From Planctomycetota bacterium (lineage in GTDB: Bacteria > Planctomycetota > GCA-002687715 > CAIWVZ01): a stretch of DNA of 64,000 nt. A program made the translations under genes and the position numbers. Numbering within the stretch: position 1 is the stretch's first letter; each line of letters begins with the position of its first letter. The notes beneath the pieces are model-generated. The model was given only the letters and a program-made list of their open reading frames with translations, had not been told where the DNA came from and ran no database searches. The stretch lies in assembly GCA_044222185.1 (NCBI GenBank), contig JBGANV010000004.1, positions 224,001 through 288,000 of the forward strand, given 5' to 3'. This document shows, one piece after another, positions 38,580 to 48,539 of this stretch.

Positions 38580-40007
38580 ATGACCACTTGTGATCACCCC
38601 GAACACGCGCCGTCGCGTCGTGACCTTCTCCGATCGTTCGCGTGCGGATTCGGCTGGCTCGCGTTCCGCGGCATGTCGTCGCTCGACGGGCCGCAGGAGG
38701 CCCCGGGCGATCCACTCGCGCCGCGACCGCCTCACTTCCCGGCACGCGCCAAACGAGTGATCTTCCTGTGCATGGCCGGTGGGCCGTCGCACGTCGACAC
38801 GTTCGACTACAAGCCCAAGCTGTACGCGGACGACGGCAAGCCCATGGCGGGGCGCCGCGCCGGCGCCAAACTCCTCGGTTCGCCATGGAAGTTCAGCCAG
38901 CACGGGCAGGGCGGGCTGTGGATCTCCGAGCTGTTTCCTGAACTGGCGGCGCACGCCGATGCGCTCTGCCTCCTCCGCGGCATGTCGACGGATCTCCCGG
39001 CACACCCGCAGGCGTTCGTGAAGCTTCACACGGGCAGCTTCCAGTTCGTGCGGCCGTCCATGGGCTCGTGGGCCCTCTACGGCCTCGGCACGACGAACCG
39101 CAACCTGCCCGGATTCATCACGCTGAACGCGCCCACGGGGCAGGGCGGCGCGCAGAACTACGGGAGTGCGTTCCTTCCGGCGATCTACCAGGGGACGCGG
39201 ATCGGCGTCTCCGGCCGCGGCGGCGGCGCGGGCCCGTTCGCGAGGCGCGCGGGGGCGTCCACGTCCGCGTTGCCGAACATCGCGAATCCGAAGCTCGACG
39301 AGAAGGAACAGCGCGCCCAGCTCGAACTCGTACAGAAGCTGAACAAGGAGCGGCTCCGCCGTGATCGCGAAGACCCGGGCGTCGAGGGCGTGATCGAGTC
39401 CTACGAGCTCGCGTTCCGGATGCAGGCGGAAGTTCCAGGCCTGCTCGACCTCTCGAAGGAATCCAAGTCGGTGCAGGATCTCTACGGCATCGGCGACGAC
39501 GACACCGACGGGTTCGGACGGCAGTGCCTGCTCGCGCGACGACTCGTGGAGTCGGGCGTGCGTTTCGTCGAAGTGTCGCAGTCCGGCTGGGATCACCACC
39601 GCAATCTGAAACAGGACCTGGCGAAGAGCTGTCGGTCGATCGACCGCCCGGTCGCCGGGTTGCTCGCGGACCTCGGTCGCCGAGGGTTGTTGAAGGACAC
39701 CCTCGTGATCTGGGGCGGAGAGTTCGGGCGAACGCCGTACGCCCAGGGGCCTGACGGCCGCGACCACAACAACAAGGGTTTCACCATGTGGATGGCCGGC
39801 GGCGGCGTCCGCGGCGGGACGTCGTTCGGTTCGACGGACGACTACGGCGCCGAAGCCGTCGATGGGCGGATGGACATCCACGACCTGCACGCGACGGTCC
39901 TGCACCTGATGGGCCTCGACCACCAGAAGCTCACCTATTCCCATGCGGGCCGGGATTTCCGCCTCACGGAAACGGCCGGCAACGTGGTGAAGGAGATCCT
40001 GGCCTGA
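38580..40007 (+). CDS. DUF1501 domain protein (Tat-like SRRDLL)
   Basis: AKRVIFLCMAGGPSHVDTFDYKP, RPSMGSW, ARRLVESGVRFV, WDHH, GEFGRTP, GRDH, DLHATVLHLMG. Confidence 0.95.
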   Translation: MTTCDHPEHAPSRRDLLRSFACGFGWLAFRGMSSLDGPQEAPGDPLAPRPPHFPARAKRVIFLCMAGGPSHVDTFDYKPKLYADDGKPMAGRRAGAKLLGSPWKFSQHGQGGLWISELFPELAAHADALCLLRGMSTDLPAHPQAFVKLHTGSFQFVRPSMGSWALYGLGTTNRNLPGFITLNAPTGQGGAQNYGSAFLPAIYQGTRIGVSGRGGGAGPFARRAGASTSALPNIANPKLDEKEQRAQLELVQKLNKERLRRDREDPGVEGVIESYELAFRMQAEVPGLLDLSKESKSVQDLYGIGDDDTDGFGRQCLLARRLVESGVRFVEVSQSGWDHHRNLKQDLAKSCRSIDRPVAGLLADLGRRGLLKDTLVIWGGEFGRTPYAQGPDGRDHNNKGFTMWMAGGGVRGGTSFGSTDDYGAEAVDGRMDIHDLHATVLHLMGLDHQKLTYSHAGRDFRLTETAGNVVKEILA

Positions 40008-40061
40008 CGTTGCGGCGGTCCGCTCGGGAGATCCGGGCGTTCCCGCATATCATCGCCGACC

Positions 40062-40913
40062 ATGTCTCCACGCTCGCGGCGCAAGACGCGCCACCGCAGG
40101 ACCGCTCGGACCGCCGACAGGCACGACCTCTATCAACGATCGGTCCAGACGCCGGAGGAGGACGCGCGCCGCCTCGCGCGCCGCTTCCAGGTTTTCACCG
40201 GGGAGACCCTGCGCAGCATCCGCGAGGACTTCTGCGGCACCGCCGCACTCTCGTGCGCGTTCATCTGGCAGAACCGGGCGAATCGTGCCGTGGGTGTCGA
40301 CCTGGATCCCGCCACGCTCGCCTGGGGCCGCGAGCACAACGTCTCGTTCCTGGACGAGGAACAGCGATCACGCCTGACGTTGGTGAAGGGTGACGTCCGC
40401 ACGGTGCGGTGCGACCCCGTCGACCTCGTCGCGGCATTCAACTTCAGCTACTCCGTGTTCCACACCCGGCGCGAGCTCAAGAAGTACTTCGAGCACGTGA
40501 CCACGTCGCTTCGCAAGGGCGGAGTGTTCGTCGTCGACATCTGGGGCGGCGGCGACGTGTTCACCGGGCAGATCGATCGGCGGCGTCGCGGCGGCTTCAA
40601 CTACGTCTGGGATCACAACGAGTTCTCGCCGATCACGCATCGAGCGACGTGCCGGATCCACTTCGAGTTCCCCGATGGAACGCGGATGCGGGACGCCTTC
40701 GTGTACGACTGGCGGATCTGGACGATCCCGGAGATCGTCGAGCTGTTCGAGGAGGTTGGATTTCGGGACGTCCACGTGCTTTGGGAGGGAACGGACGCGA
40801 AGAGCGGCGGCGGCAGCGGAGTGTTTCGCCGCGACGTGAAGGGGGAGATGCTGCGCTCCTACGTCGCGTACATCGCCGGGCGGTGGGACGGCTCGACTCC
40901 GGCGCGGCGGTGA
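40062..40913 (+). CDS. Class I SAM-dependent methyltransferase
   Basis: REDFCGTA, GVDLD, GDV, AFNFS, GGVFVVD. Confidence 0.85.
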   Translation: MSPRSRRKTRHRRTARTADRHDLYQRSVQTPEEDARRLARRFQVFTGETLRSIREDFCGTAALSCAFIWQNRANRAVGVDLDPATLAWGREHNVSFLDEEQRSRLTLVKGDVRTVRCDPVDLVAAFNFSYSVFHTRRELKKYFEHVTTSLRKGGVFVVDIWGGGDVFTGQIDRRRRGGFNYVWDHNEFSPITHRATCRIHFEFPDGTRMRDAFVYDWRIWTIPEIVELFEEVGFRDVHVLWEGTDAKSGGGSGVFRRDVKGEMLRSYVAYIAGRWDGSTPARR

Positions 40914-40936
40914 GCGGTGGCTTTTCGCGCCACCGG

Positions 40937-41410
40937 TCAGCCGTGGCGGTACCGCGATGCCATCATCGGCGCGAAGTTGGCACCGTCGCGCGAGACGTCG
41001 ATCCGGAACGTCATCCGGTTCGCGCTCTCGAACTCGTAGACGTGACGCATGTGTCCCATGGGCGTCACCTGTTCGAATTGGAGCGTGTCGCCGTGCCACT
41101 TGCCCTTCGACGGAGTGGTGTACCCGCCGCCGCCCATGGAGTCGAACCAGTACATGGTGAACACGCCGTCCTTTTCGTCGTATCCGAAGACGCCGTGGCC
41201 GCGGTACACGACCTTCCCGTCGCGCTCCTGGGCATAGTCGCCGACCAGGAAGAAGCCGTCGCATGCCATCTGCGTCTTGAACGTCGACCTGGCGGTGCCG
41301 CCCTTCGGATCCCATTGGCTGGGGAACATCGTGTCGTCGCCGATCCAGTTGGCGGCGAGGCGGGCGAGGGTCTTGTGCTGCGGTGTCGGCGTGGGCATGT
41401 GGCATTCCAT
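40937..41410 (-). CDS. DUF1579-like protein
   Basis: PTPQHKTL..L...W, DGFFL, YRGHGVFGYD, YWFDSMG. Confidence 0.75.
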   Translation of the reverse strand: MECHMPTPTPQHKTLARLAANWIGDDTMFPSQWDPKGGTARSTFKTQMACDGFFLVGDYAQERDGKVVYRGHGVFGYDEKDGVFTMYWFDSMGGGGYTTPSKGKWHGDTLQFEQVTPMGHMRHVYEFESANRMTFRIDVSRDGANFAPMMASRYRHG

Positions 41411-41610
41411 GGACGGCTCCTCGTGGATCGGCGTGCGGTGTGTTCTTTCTCGTGATCCCGTTCACCGGGCGGGTGACGGGGATTGCGGACCATACCCATC
41501 CGGGGGGACAGGGGGAGCGGGACCTCGGAGCGCTCGATCGCCCTCGGCTCGTCCGGGATCGGCGCGTCGCGTAACGTCCCGACCCGCGCCGTTGCGGCAC
41601 GACGAAAAAC

Positions 41611-42855
41611 ATGGCTGACCGGATCGATACGCTCGCACTGCCTGAGCCCGCACCCAGTCGTCTCGCCTTGCGCGTGACGCCGGCCGCCGTCCGCACGCTT
41701 CGCGCCGGCCACCCGTGGGTCTTCGCGGACGGCATCAGGGATCAGAGCGACGACGGAAATCCCGGGGATCTGGCCGTGGCCTTCGACACCGATCGAAAAT
41801 TCCTGGCGATCGGCCTCTACGACCCGGACGGCGCCATCCGGTTCCGTGCGCTCCATCACGGCGCGCCTGCGCCCATCGACGAGGCGTTTTTTCGCGCGAA
41901 GGTCGGAGCGGCCATCGACCGCCGCGCCGAGCTGCGTGTGCTGCACACGGGTTATCGGCTCATCCACGGTGAGGACGACGGCTTCCCCGGGTTCGTCGTC
42001 GATCGCTACGACGACGTGCTCGTGGCCAAGCTGTACACGGCCGCATGGGTCCCGCACCTGCGGACGTTGATCGCGCTCATTCGTGAACGCCAGCCGCATC
42101 GCGCGTTCGTGATCCGGTTGAACGAGAGCGTTCGGGAACGGCCGGAGCGCCTTTACGGCATCGCGGACGGCTCGACGGTCTGCGGGCCGGACGTCGCCGG
42201 GCCGTGCCGCTTCACCGAGAACGGGCTCCGCTTCGAGGCCGACGTGGTACGCGGGCAGAAGACGGGTTTCTTCTTCGATCAGCGGGACAATCGGGCGCGC
42301 GTCGGGGCGCTCTCTGCCGGACGCGACGTCCTGAACGTCTGCTCGTACACGGGCGGGTTCTCGCTGTATGCGGCGCGCGGCGGCGCGAGGCGGGTCGTCA
42401 GCGTGGATCTGAGTCGGCCTGCCTCGGAGCAGGCGCGCATCAACTTCGAGCTGAATCAGGGCGTGCCGGCAGTGGCGGCGGCGCACCACGAGATCATCGT
42501 CGGCGATGCGTTCGAGACGATGTCACGGCTGGCTCGCCAGAAGACGACGTTCGGCGTCGTCGTCCTCGACCCGCCGTCGTTCGCGCGAAAATCCGCGGAC
42601 GTGCCCGGGGCGCTGCGCGCCTATGCGCGGCTCGTGCGGTCCGGGCTGGCCGTCCTCGAACCGGGCGGACGGCTCGTCGCAGCCTCGTGTTCGAGCCGGG
42701 TCAGCGCCGAGCAGTTCTTCGAGGTCGTGCGCGCGACCGCGCGAGACGTCCATCGCACGCTCGATGGCGTCGAAACGACGCGGCACGCCGTCGATCACCC
42801 GACGACGTTCGCCGAGGGAGCCTATCTCAAGTGCTTGTTCGCCGTGGCGCGCTGA
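41611..42855 (+). CDS. rlmI: 23S rRNA m5C1962 methyltransferase, RlmI family
   Basis: PUA-like GHPWVF, RLIHGEDDGFPG..VDRY, GQKTGFFFDQRDNR, LN..SYTGGFS, LDPPSF, SCS, YLK. Confidence 0.85.
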   Translation: MADRIDTLALPEPAPSRLALRVTPAAVRTLRAGHPWVFADGIRDQSDDGNPGDLAVAFDTDRKFLAIGLYDPDGAIRFRALHHGAPAPIDEAFFRAKVGAAIDRRAELRVLHTGYRLIHGEDDGFPGFVVDRYDDVLVAKLYTAAWVPHLRTLIALIRERQPHRAFVIRLNESVRERPERLYGIADGSTVCGPDVAGPCRFTENGLRFEADVVRGQKTGFFFDQRDNRARVGALSAGRDVLNVCSYTGGFSLYAARGGARRVVSVDLSRPASEQARINFELNQGVPAVAAAHHEIIVGDAFETMSRLARQKTTFGVVVLDPPSFARKSADVPGALRAYARLVRSGLAVLEPGGRLVAASCSSRVSAEQFFEVVRATARDVHRTLDGVETTRHAVDHPTTFAEGAYLKCLFAVAR

Positions 42856-42867
42856 CGTCCGTGTTCG

Positions 42868-43668
42868 TCACTTCTTGCCGCCGAGGATGCTGTTCAGGCC
42901 GTCGCGGATCTTGTCGACGTCCTTTCCTCCGCCGAGCTGTTGGAGCACGCCGAGCGCGCCGCCGGCGATGTTCGACAACCCGCTGACGCGGCTGCCGAGA
43001 TCCTTGGCGAGGTCGGGCGGAAGCAGTCCTCCGCCGGAGGTTGCGACCGACGTCAACAGCGACTGGATCACCACGTTCACGGCATCGGCGATGAGCACGC
43101 CGTCGTTGCTCGCCCCACCGACGTTCGACAGGCGGATCTCGGGGATCTTCACCTCCGGCGATGGCGCAACCCCGGGGATCGGCAGCAACTGGGCGCCGAC
43201 GGTGATGTCCGCGAGCACGAGTTCCTTGATGAGGAGACGCTTGCTCCCGCCCGACGTCTTGTCGCTGGATCCCTGGAAGCGCTTCAGGGCTTCGAGGATC
43301 GGGTCGTAGTTCATCTTCCCTGACTGTTGTTCGAGCTTGAGGCGGATCCCGCGAAGCTCGAGCGTCTTGACGACGATCGGCTGCGAAAAAACCGTGCCCC
43401 CATCCAAGGTCGCGGCCGTCTCGGTGACGGCGACGAAGGGGTCGGTGCCGAAGCCCGGAGGGTTCGCCACGCGGAGGTCCTTGACCGTGATCTTCCCCGC
43501 GGCGAGCCCCACGCTCGTTCCCGCGGCCGTGGTGTTCGTGCCGAGCGCGTACGTTCCGCTCTTCTCCACGGCCGTGTTCGCCAGCCCGTCGAGCGAGAAC
43601 AGGAGGACGACGCCTGCGATGAGGAGCAGGACGACGAGGAAGACGATCCGCCGAATGAATTTGAACAT
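42868..43668 (-). CDS. AsmA-like N-anchored protein
   Basis: N-terminal TM, LRVANPPGF, IPEIRLSNVG. Confidence 0.65.
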   Translation of the reverse strand: MFKFIRRIVFLVVLLLIAGVVLLFSLDGLANTAVEKSGTYALGTNTTAAGTSVGLAAGKITVKDLRVANPPGFGTDPFVAVTETAATLDGGTVFSQPIVVKTLELRGIRLKLEQQSGKMNYDPILEALKRFQGSSDKTSGGSKRLLIKELVLADITVGAQLLPIPGVAPSPEVKIPEIRLSNVGGASNDGVLIADAVNVVIQSLLTSVATSGGGLLPPDLAKDLGSRVSGLSNIAGGALGVLQQLGGGKDVDKIRDGLNSILGGKK

Positions 43669-43776
43669 GAGGTGGCTCGCGTCGGTTGGCGCCGTCGAAC
43701 GAAGGTTGGCGAGTATACGACGCGACTCCTCCGGCGGAACGTGCGGGAACCCGGAGGCGTGCTCAGCCGCAGGTGG

Positions 43777-44211
43777 CTACCTGGACAGCGCCGCTGGAAC
43801 CTGCTTGCCGATCAGCTCTCCGACGAGCGTCATCTGATCCGCCAGGAGCGAAAGCATGTCGTCGAGCGTGACGACACCCAGAAGTTTGCCGCTGGCATCG
43901 AGCACCGGCAGTCGGCGACACCCGATCGACCGCATCGTCGAGAGGGCGTACTCGAGGGTCGTCTTCTCGTCCGCGGTGGCGAGGTGGGTCGACATCACCT
44001 CGGACACGAGCGTGACTCCGGTGTCCCGGCCTTCGCCCACGACGCGAAGTGCGAGGTCCCGATCCGTGATGATTCCCACCGGTCGTGATGCCCCATCGAC
44101 GACGACCAGGCTGCCCACCTTGCGCTGGTGCATCCTCCGTGCGACGGCCTGGACGGTTTCGTGCGGGTAGGCGACGTCGACTTCGCGCTGGCAGATGGAT
44201 CCGACGGACAT
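43777..44211 (-). CDS. CBS domain pair protein
   Basis: VGSLVVV, PVGIITDRDL, RRLPVLD, GVVTLDD. Confidence 0.92.
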   Translation of the reverse strand: MSVGSICQREVDVAYPHETVQAVARRMHQRKVGSLVVVDGASRPVGIITDRDLALRVVGEGRDTGVTLVSEVMSTHLATADEKTTLEYALSTMRSIGCRRLPVLDASGKLLGVVTLDDMLSLLADQMTLVGELIGKQVPAALSR

Positions 44212-44405
44212 GGCAGCCTCCTTTGACACGGTGGATCATCATCCCGGGGACTTCGGCCAGGAATTCGCTCAAGTGCGGGGTCGCATGTACGCATCGCGGG
44301 GCCAAACGTGGCGCGCGGCGCCGGGCTCGGGGGCCCGCCAACGTGCCTGCGAGCGCGCGTATGATGCGCACCGCTGTCGAGCCGTTGGTTTTTCTGGAGA
44401 TGTCG

Positions 44406-45146
44406 ATGAATCGAATGTTTGGGGGCTGTGTGCCCGTTCTCGTGGTGGTTGTCGTGGGCTTCGCGGGCTTCGTGGGGTGCGCCAGCACTTCGACGGGCGG
44501 AAATTCTGCGCCCGACGCCACGGGCGCCGCCCGCGTCGAGAAGCCTGCGGCCGACGCCGCCGGCGCCAAGCCAGGCAAGCGCGCCGCGCAGGAGCGCGAG
44601 CTGGCCGTGGCACGCGCACGGCTCGCCCGCGCGAAGCAGGATCTCGCCGATCAGGAGACGGACGGTGGGAACAGTCGGGCGCGGATCGCGAAGGAGCTCG
44701 CCATGGCCGAGGCGCGCCTCGAGACCTTCCAGACGCGCGATCGACCCGCGCGGCTCGAACGCTCGCGGCTCGACCTCCAGGGCGCCCGGGACGGCCTCGC
44801 CGACGCCAGGGAGGAGTTGGAGCAACTCGAGCTCATGTACAAGGACAACGACCTCGCCGACAAGACGAAGGAGATCGTCATCCGTCGCTCGAAGCGCGCA
44901 CTCGAGCGGTCCGAGGCGCGCCTCCGCCTCCAACAGCAGGACTCGGAGACGCTCGAGCAGCGCACGCTGCCGCTCGAGCACGACAAGCTGGCGCTGGAGG
45001 TGGAGGAGAAGCGGCGTGAAGTCGAACGCGACGCCCGGGGATCGGAGAAGGCCCTCGCGGAGAAGCGGATCGGAGTCATGTCCGCCGAGTCCGAGGTTGC
45101 GCGCATCGAAGGCGATCTGGTGGCGGCAGACGGGGACAAGAAGTGA
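44406..45146 (+). CDS. Coiled-coil lipoprotein, hypothetical
   Basis: Lipobox-like FVGC after a hydrophobic stretch, followed by a long heptad-rich helix. Confidence 0.7.
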   Translation: MNRMFGGCVPVLVVVVVGFAGFVGCASTSTGGNSAPDATGAARVEKPAADAAGAKPGKRAAQERELAVARARLARAKQDLADQETDGGNSRARIAKELAMAEARLETFQTRDRPARLERSRLDLQGARDGLADAREELEQLELMYKDNDLADKTKEIVIRRSKRALERSEARLRLQQQDSETLEQRTLPLEHDKLALEVEEKRREVERDARGSEKALAEKRIGVMSAESEVARIEGDLVAADGDKK

Positions 45147-46282
45147 CGCCGTCCATCGTGATCGCGGCGGTCCTTGCGTTTCAGGATCCGGCCGTGCCCC
45201 AGTCGCGGCCGCAGGAGCCGACACCGGCCGAGGTTCGTCAATCCATCGACAAGGGCCTGACCTTCCTCGTCGCCGAACAGAACAAGGACGGGTCGTGGGG
45301 TGGTAATCGCAACAAGACCTTCACGGACTCGTTCGCGAACCGCGCGACGATGGATGCGTGGGTCGTGGGGACGACGGGCCTCGCCGTTGCGGCACTCCTC
45401 CAGTGCGGCGTGCAGCCGGATGCGCGCGCTGCGGCCGAACGCGGCGTCGATTTCCTCATCGCCAACGCCGACGTGAAGCGCCCGGATTTCTGGGACAACG
45501 ACAACGTCTGGGGATCGATCTACGGGTTGTTTGGGCTTGCCCGAGCCCTCGGCGTCTCGACGAATGCGTCGCCGGAACGCGTTCTCGCCATCCGCAATGC
45601 GTGTCGCACGTGCGTCGACGGCCTCGCGAGGCACCAGTCGCCGAACGGTGGCTGGGGCTACTACGCGGACTCGGGGTCCGCGTGGCGGCCCGAGTGGGCC
45701 ACGTCATTCACGACCGCGGCCGGCGCGCTCGCGCTCGGCGATGCCCGCCGCGCTGGCGTCGAGGTTCTTCCGCGGATTCTCGATCCCGCGGTGCGTGCCG
45801 TGGGTCGGGCCCGCCTGCCGTCAGGTGCCTTCACCTACGACGTGAGCGCGATCCCCTACGTGCGCGGCGGCGAGAACATCAACGAGGTCAAGGGCTCGCT
45901 CGGGCGGATGCAGATCGGCAACTATCTGCTCCACACGCTCGGCGGGGGAGTCGCCGAGGCGGAGCGCGTTCGAGCGCTCGAGCAGTTCAGCCAGAACCAC
46001 CGGTTCCTCGACGCGGCGCTCCGCAAGCCGATTCCTCACGAGGCGTACTACCAGAACGCCGCGTACTTCTATCTCTTCGGTCACTACTACGCGGCCCGGC
46101 TTGCCACGACGCTTCCGTTCGACGCGCAGAAACCGTTCTGGCCGGTGATCCGCCGCGAGGTCATGAAGACGCAGGAACGCGACGGCGGCATGTGGGACTT
46201 CTACATCTCGGCGTGCACCAAGCCGTACGGGACGGCCTTCGGCGTCATGGCGCTGCAGCTGTCGCTTGGCACCGCTCCCTGA
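45143..46282 (+). CDS. Prenyltransferase/squalene-oxidase (QW) repeat alpha-barrel protein, exported
   Basis: QNKDGSW, QSPNGGW and QERDGGMW repeats; YYLFGHYY-like segment; YGTAF. Confidence 0.8.
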   Translation: MTPSIVIAAVLAFQDPAVPQSRPQEPTPAEVRQSIDKGLTFLVAEQNKDGSWGGNRNKTFTDSFANRATMDAWVVGTTGLAVAALLQCGVQPDARAAAERGVDFLIANADVKRPDFWDNDNVWGSIYGLFGLARALGVSTNASPERVLAIRNACRTCVDGLARHQSPNGGWGYYADSGSAWRPEWATSFTTAAGALALGDARRAGVEVLPRILDPAVRAVGRARLPSGAFTYDVSAIPYVRGGENINEVKGSLGRMQIGNYLLHTLGGGVAEAERVRALEQFSQNHRFLDAALRKPIPHEAYYQNAAYFYLFGHYYAARLATTLPFDAQKPFWPVIRREVMKTQERDGGMWDFYISACTKPYGTAFGVMALQLSLGTAP

Positions 46283-46489
46283 GCGACTCATCCGGAGCGC
46301 CACGCCCGGTCGGCACTTCTTCCCGCGGATGTGACACGACTGTTTCGCGCACGCGCGCGCCGCCACGGCGCGCGCGATTGTCTGGAACTTCGCATCCCCA
46401 ATTCTGTAGGTTGCCCCTCCACCCATCCCCGGCCCAGTGTGACGCGCAATGGTGGTGCGTCACGATTTGTTGAAGGTGAGGTTCAACCC

Positions 46490-47785
46490 ATGACCATGAG
46501 AAGCGTGTGTGTCTTTGCGTTTTGTGCGGCGTTCGCAGCGAGCGCATGGACGCAAAACACCAACAACGAGAACGACCTCGAGCTGCAGAACGGCACGGAC
46601 ATCATCTACTACCTGAACGCGCCGAGCGTCGGTTCACCGCAGGGAACGAACCCGCCGAGTTTCGTCGGCGATTTCTACTGGAAGGTGTTCCCGAAGGAAG
46701 TGATGAGCATCGGCAGCGCCGCGCAGACCGCGCCCGCGAGCCCCGCGAATGCCGCTGGGACCATGGAAGTCTCAGGCCAGGCGTTCGAGATCTACGACAG
46801 TGACTGGACGACGCCCGCGATCCTGTACGACCAGATGATCACCCGCGGCATCACGAGCACGGCCGCGGGCTCGCAGGGCAACATCCAGCCTGACTTCACG
46901 GATCCGAACGCGGTCGTCATCTTCCTGAACGGCCCGGGGCCCGGCGGGCCCGGCACGGGCAACTCCGGTCTGCCGGCTCCTCCGGGCGGCTGCCCGCCAG
47001 GCGGCGGACTGAACGGCTACATCATCGACGTCCAGTTCGGCACGGGCGTCGGCGACGGCATCATCGTCACGGCTGACGGCCAGACGGACCTCGTCCTCAC
47101 GTCGTTCTTCCCCGGTGGGATGAGCCTCGTCGGCGGCGCCTGCGCTGGCGGCGATTTCAGCTTCGAGAACGCGCAGAGCAGCAATGCGCAGAGCGGCTAC
47201 CCCGAGCAGCAGGCCGACTGGCTTCTCTCGGGAAACAGCGCCTACAGCGGCTATCACCCGGCCGGTTTCGGGAACATCCCTGACGTCCGTCAGGAGACTC
47301 CGCGCCAGACGCTTCAGTTCTTCGAGTCGACCCTCACGGGGCGCGTGAACGTCGGCAATGGCAACGCGGCGAATCCGGAGACGGGGTTGGCGGCGCTGAA
47401 CGTCTCGACGGCGTCGGGGCTCGTGCAATACGGCTTCCGCGTCTACTCGCGACAGAGCGTCGGCAACTTCGCGATCGTCGCGTTCGGCGCCTACAACCCG
47501 GGCACGAATCCGCTGGCGCCTCCGGGACTCCAGCCCGTGTTCGGGTTCCCGCTGATGCTCGATCCCCAGGACCCGCTGTTCACGTTCTCGCTGAACCTTC
47601 CGGGGTTCGCCGGTGCCGTAGGCCTCGTCGGGACCGGCCAGACCGCGAACGGGATCTTCGACACCACACTGGTGCCGATCCCCGCGTTCCCGGCCTCGAT
47701 CCAGATCGTCGCGCAGGCGGCGATCATCGGTGCCGGCGGAAGCGTGACGCTCACGAACACGTTCGTGTCGTCGTTCCGTCCCTGA
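46490..47785 (+). CDS. Secreted Gly/Asn/Pro-rich hypothetical protein with C-terminal putative sorting domain
   Basis: Signal peptide (VFAFCAAFAASAWT); ends LMLDP...PIP...AQA...LTNTFVSSFRP. Confidence 0.8.
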   Translation: MTMRSVCVFAFCAAFAASAWTQNTNNENDLELQNGTDIIYYLNAPSVGSPQGTNPPSFVGDFYWKVFPKEVMSIGSAAQTAPASPANAAGTMEVSGQAFEIYDSDWTTPAILYDQMITRGITSTAAGSQGNIQPDFTDPNAVVIFLNGPGPGGPGTGNSGLPAPPGGCPPGGGLNGYIIDVQFGTGVGDGIIVTADGQTDLVLTSFFPGGMSLVGGACAGGDFSFENAQSSNAQSGYPEQQADWLLSGNSAYSGYHPAGFGNIPDVRQETPRQTLQFFESTLTGRVNVGNGNAANPETGLAALNVSTASGLVQYGFRVYSRQSVGNFAIVAFGAYNPGTNPLAPPGLQPVFGFPLMLDPQDPLFTFSLNLPGFAGAVGLVGTGQTANGIFDTTLVPIPAFPASIQIVAQAAIIGAGGSVTLTNTFVSSFRP

Positions 47786-47836
47786 TGGTTCCGGTTCGAG
47801 CGACCACGCGTCCAGAGTGATTGAAGCGAGACGACC

Positions 47837-48316
47837 ATGTTGAAAGTCGTAGTGATTGCAGGTGTCCTGGGCTTGACCGGCGCGAGCTGGTGGCTCATCG
47901 ACCGTTCGTCGCCGGCCGGTTCGCGGCCGTCGGCGGAACTTCCAGTGGCGCTGGCCGCGGCGCCGGATCGTGATGCTGGCGTGCGCCAGGCGAGCGCCGT
48001 TCGCACCGACGCGTCGCTCGACGGCGCGGCGTCCAAACCTGGTGCGCCCGTGGCACCACCGGCGTCCCGACCCGGCGAACCGGTCTACACGAAAACGGAG
48101 TACGGTGAGCCAATGACGATCATGCCGGACGGCACGGTCATCATCCGGCGCAACGTCTCCGTCGTGCAGATGGCGGACGGGACGCGAAGGGAAATCCCTG
48201 CGACGATCACGGCGCGGCCCGTTTCAAAACCGCTCACCGCCGTTCAGCGCGGGTCCGGTGCTTCGCTCGGCGGAGCTCGGACCCCACCTGCTGCGACTCC
48301 CCCCAAGCGCCCTTGA
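47837..48316 (+). CDS. Hypothetical N-anchored protein
   Basis: N-terminal hydrophobic segment, Pro/Ala linker, short MPDGT/MADGT hairpin repeats. Confidence 0.65.
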   Translation: MLKVVVIAGVLGLTGASWWLIDRSSPAGSRPSAELPVALAAAPDRDAGVRQASAVRTDASLDGAASKPGAPVAPPASRPGEPVYTKTEYGEPMTIMPDGTVIIRRNVSVVQMADGTRREIPATITARPVSKPLTAVQRGSGASLGGARTPPAATPPKRP

Positions 48317-48539
48317 TCCGGAGCGCCAAGCTCCAGCTTGGCCGGACCGCGAGGCCTCCCGGCCTCGCGCGAACGCGGACGCGCATCCCTGCCGCGGTGG
48401 CGTCACGCGAAGGAACCGCCGTCTCCAGCCGCGCTCGAGCGCGGCGTTGCGGGCGCGGCGAAGCGTCCGTCATGTGGCGGAGTGGCTCGCGGGCGCGGTG
48501 CGAGTCACACGGAGACCGTGGGACTCGCGAACACGAAGC

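Noticed and set aside
36055-38886. 943-aa antisense ORF (likewise 53060-54799, 58753-61131, 62583-63905 and 4296-6320)
   Set aside because: Shadow ORFs opposite well-supported genes; Arg/Ala-rich with no motifs, as expected from stop-codon scarcity at high GC.
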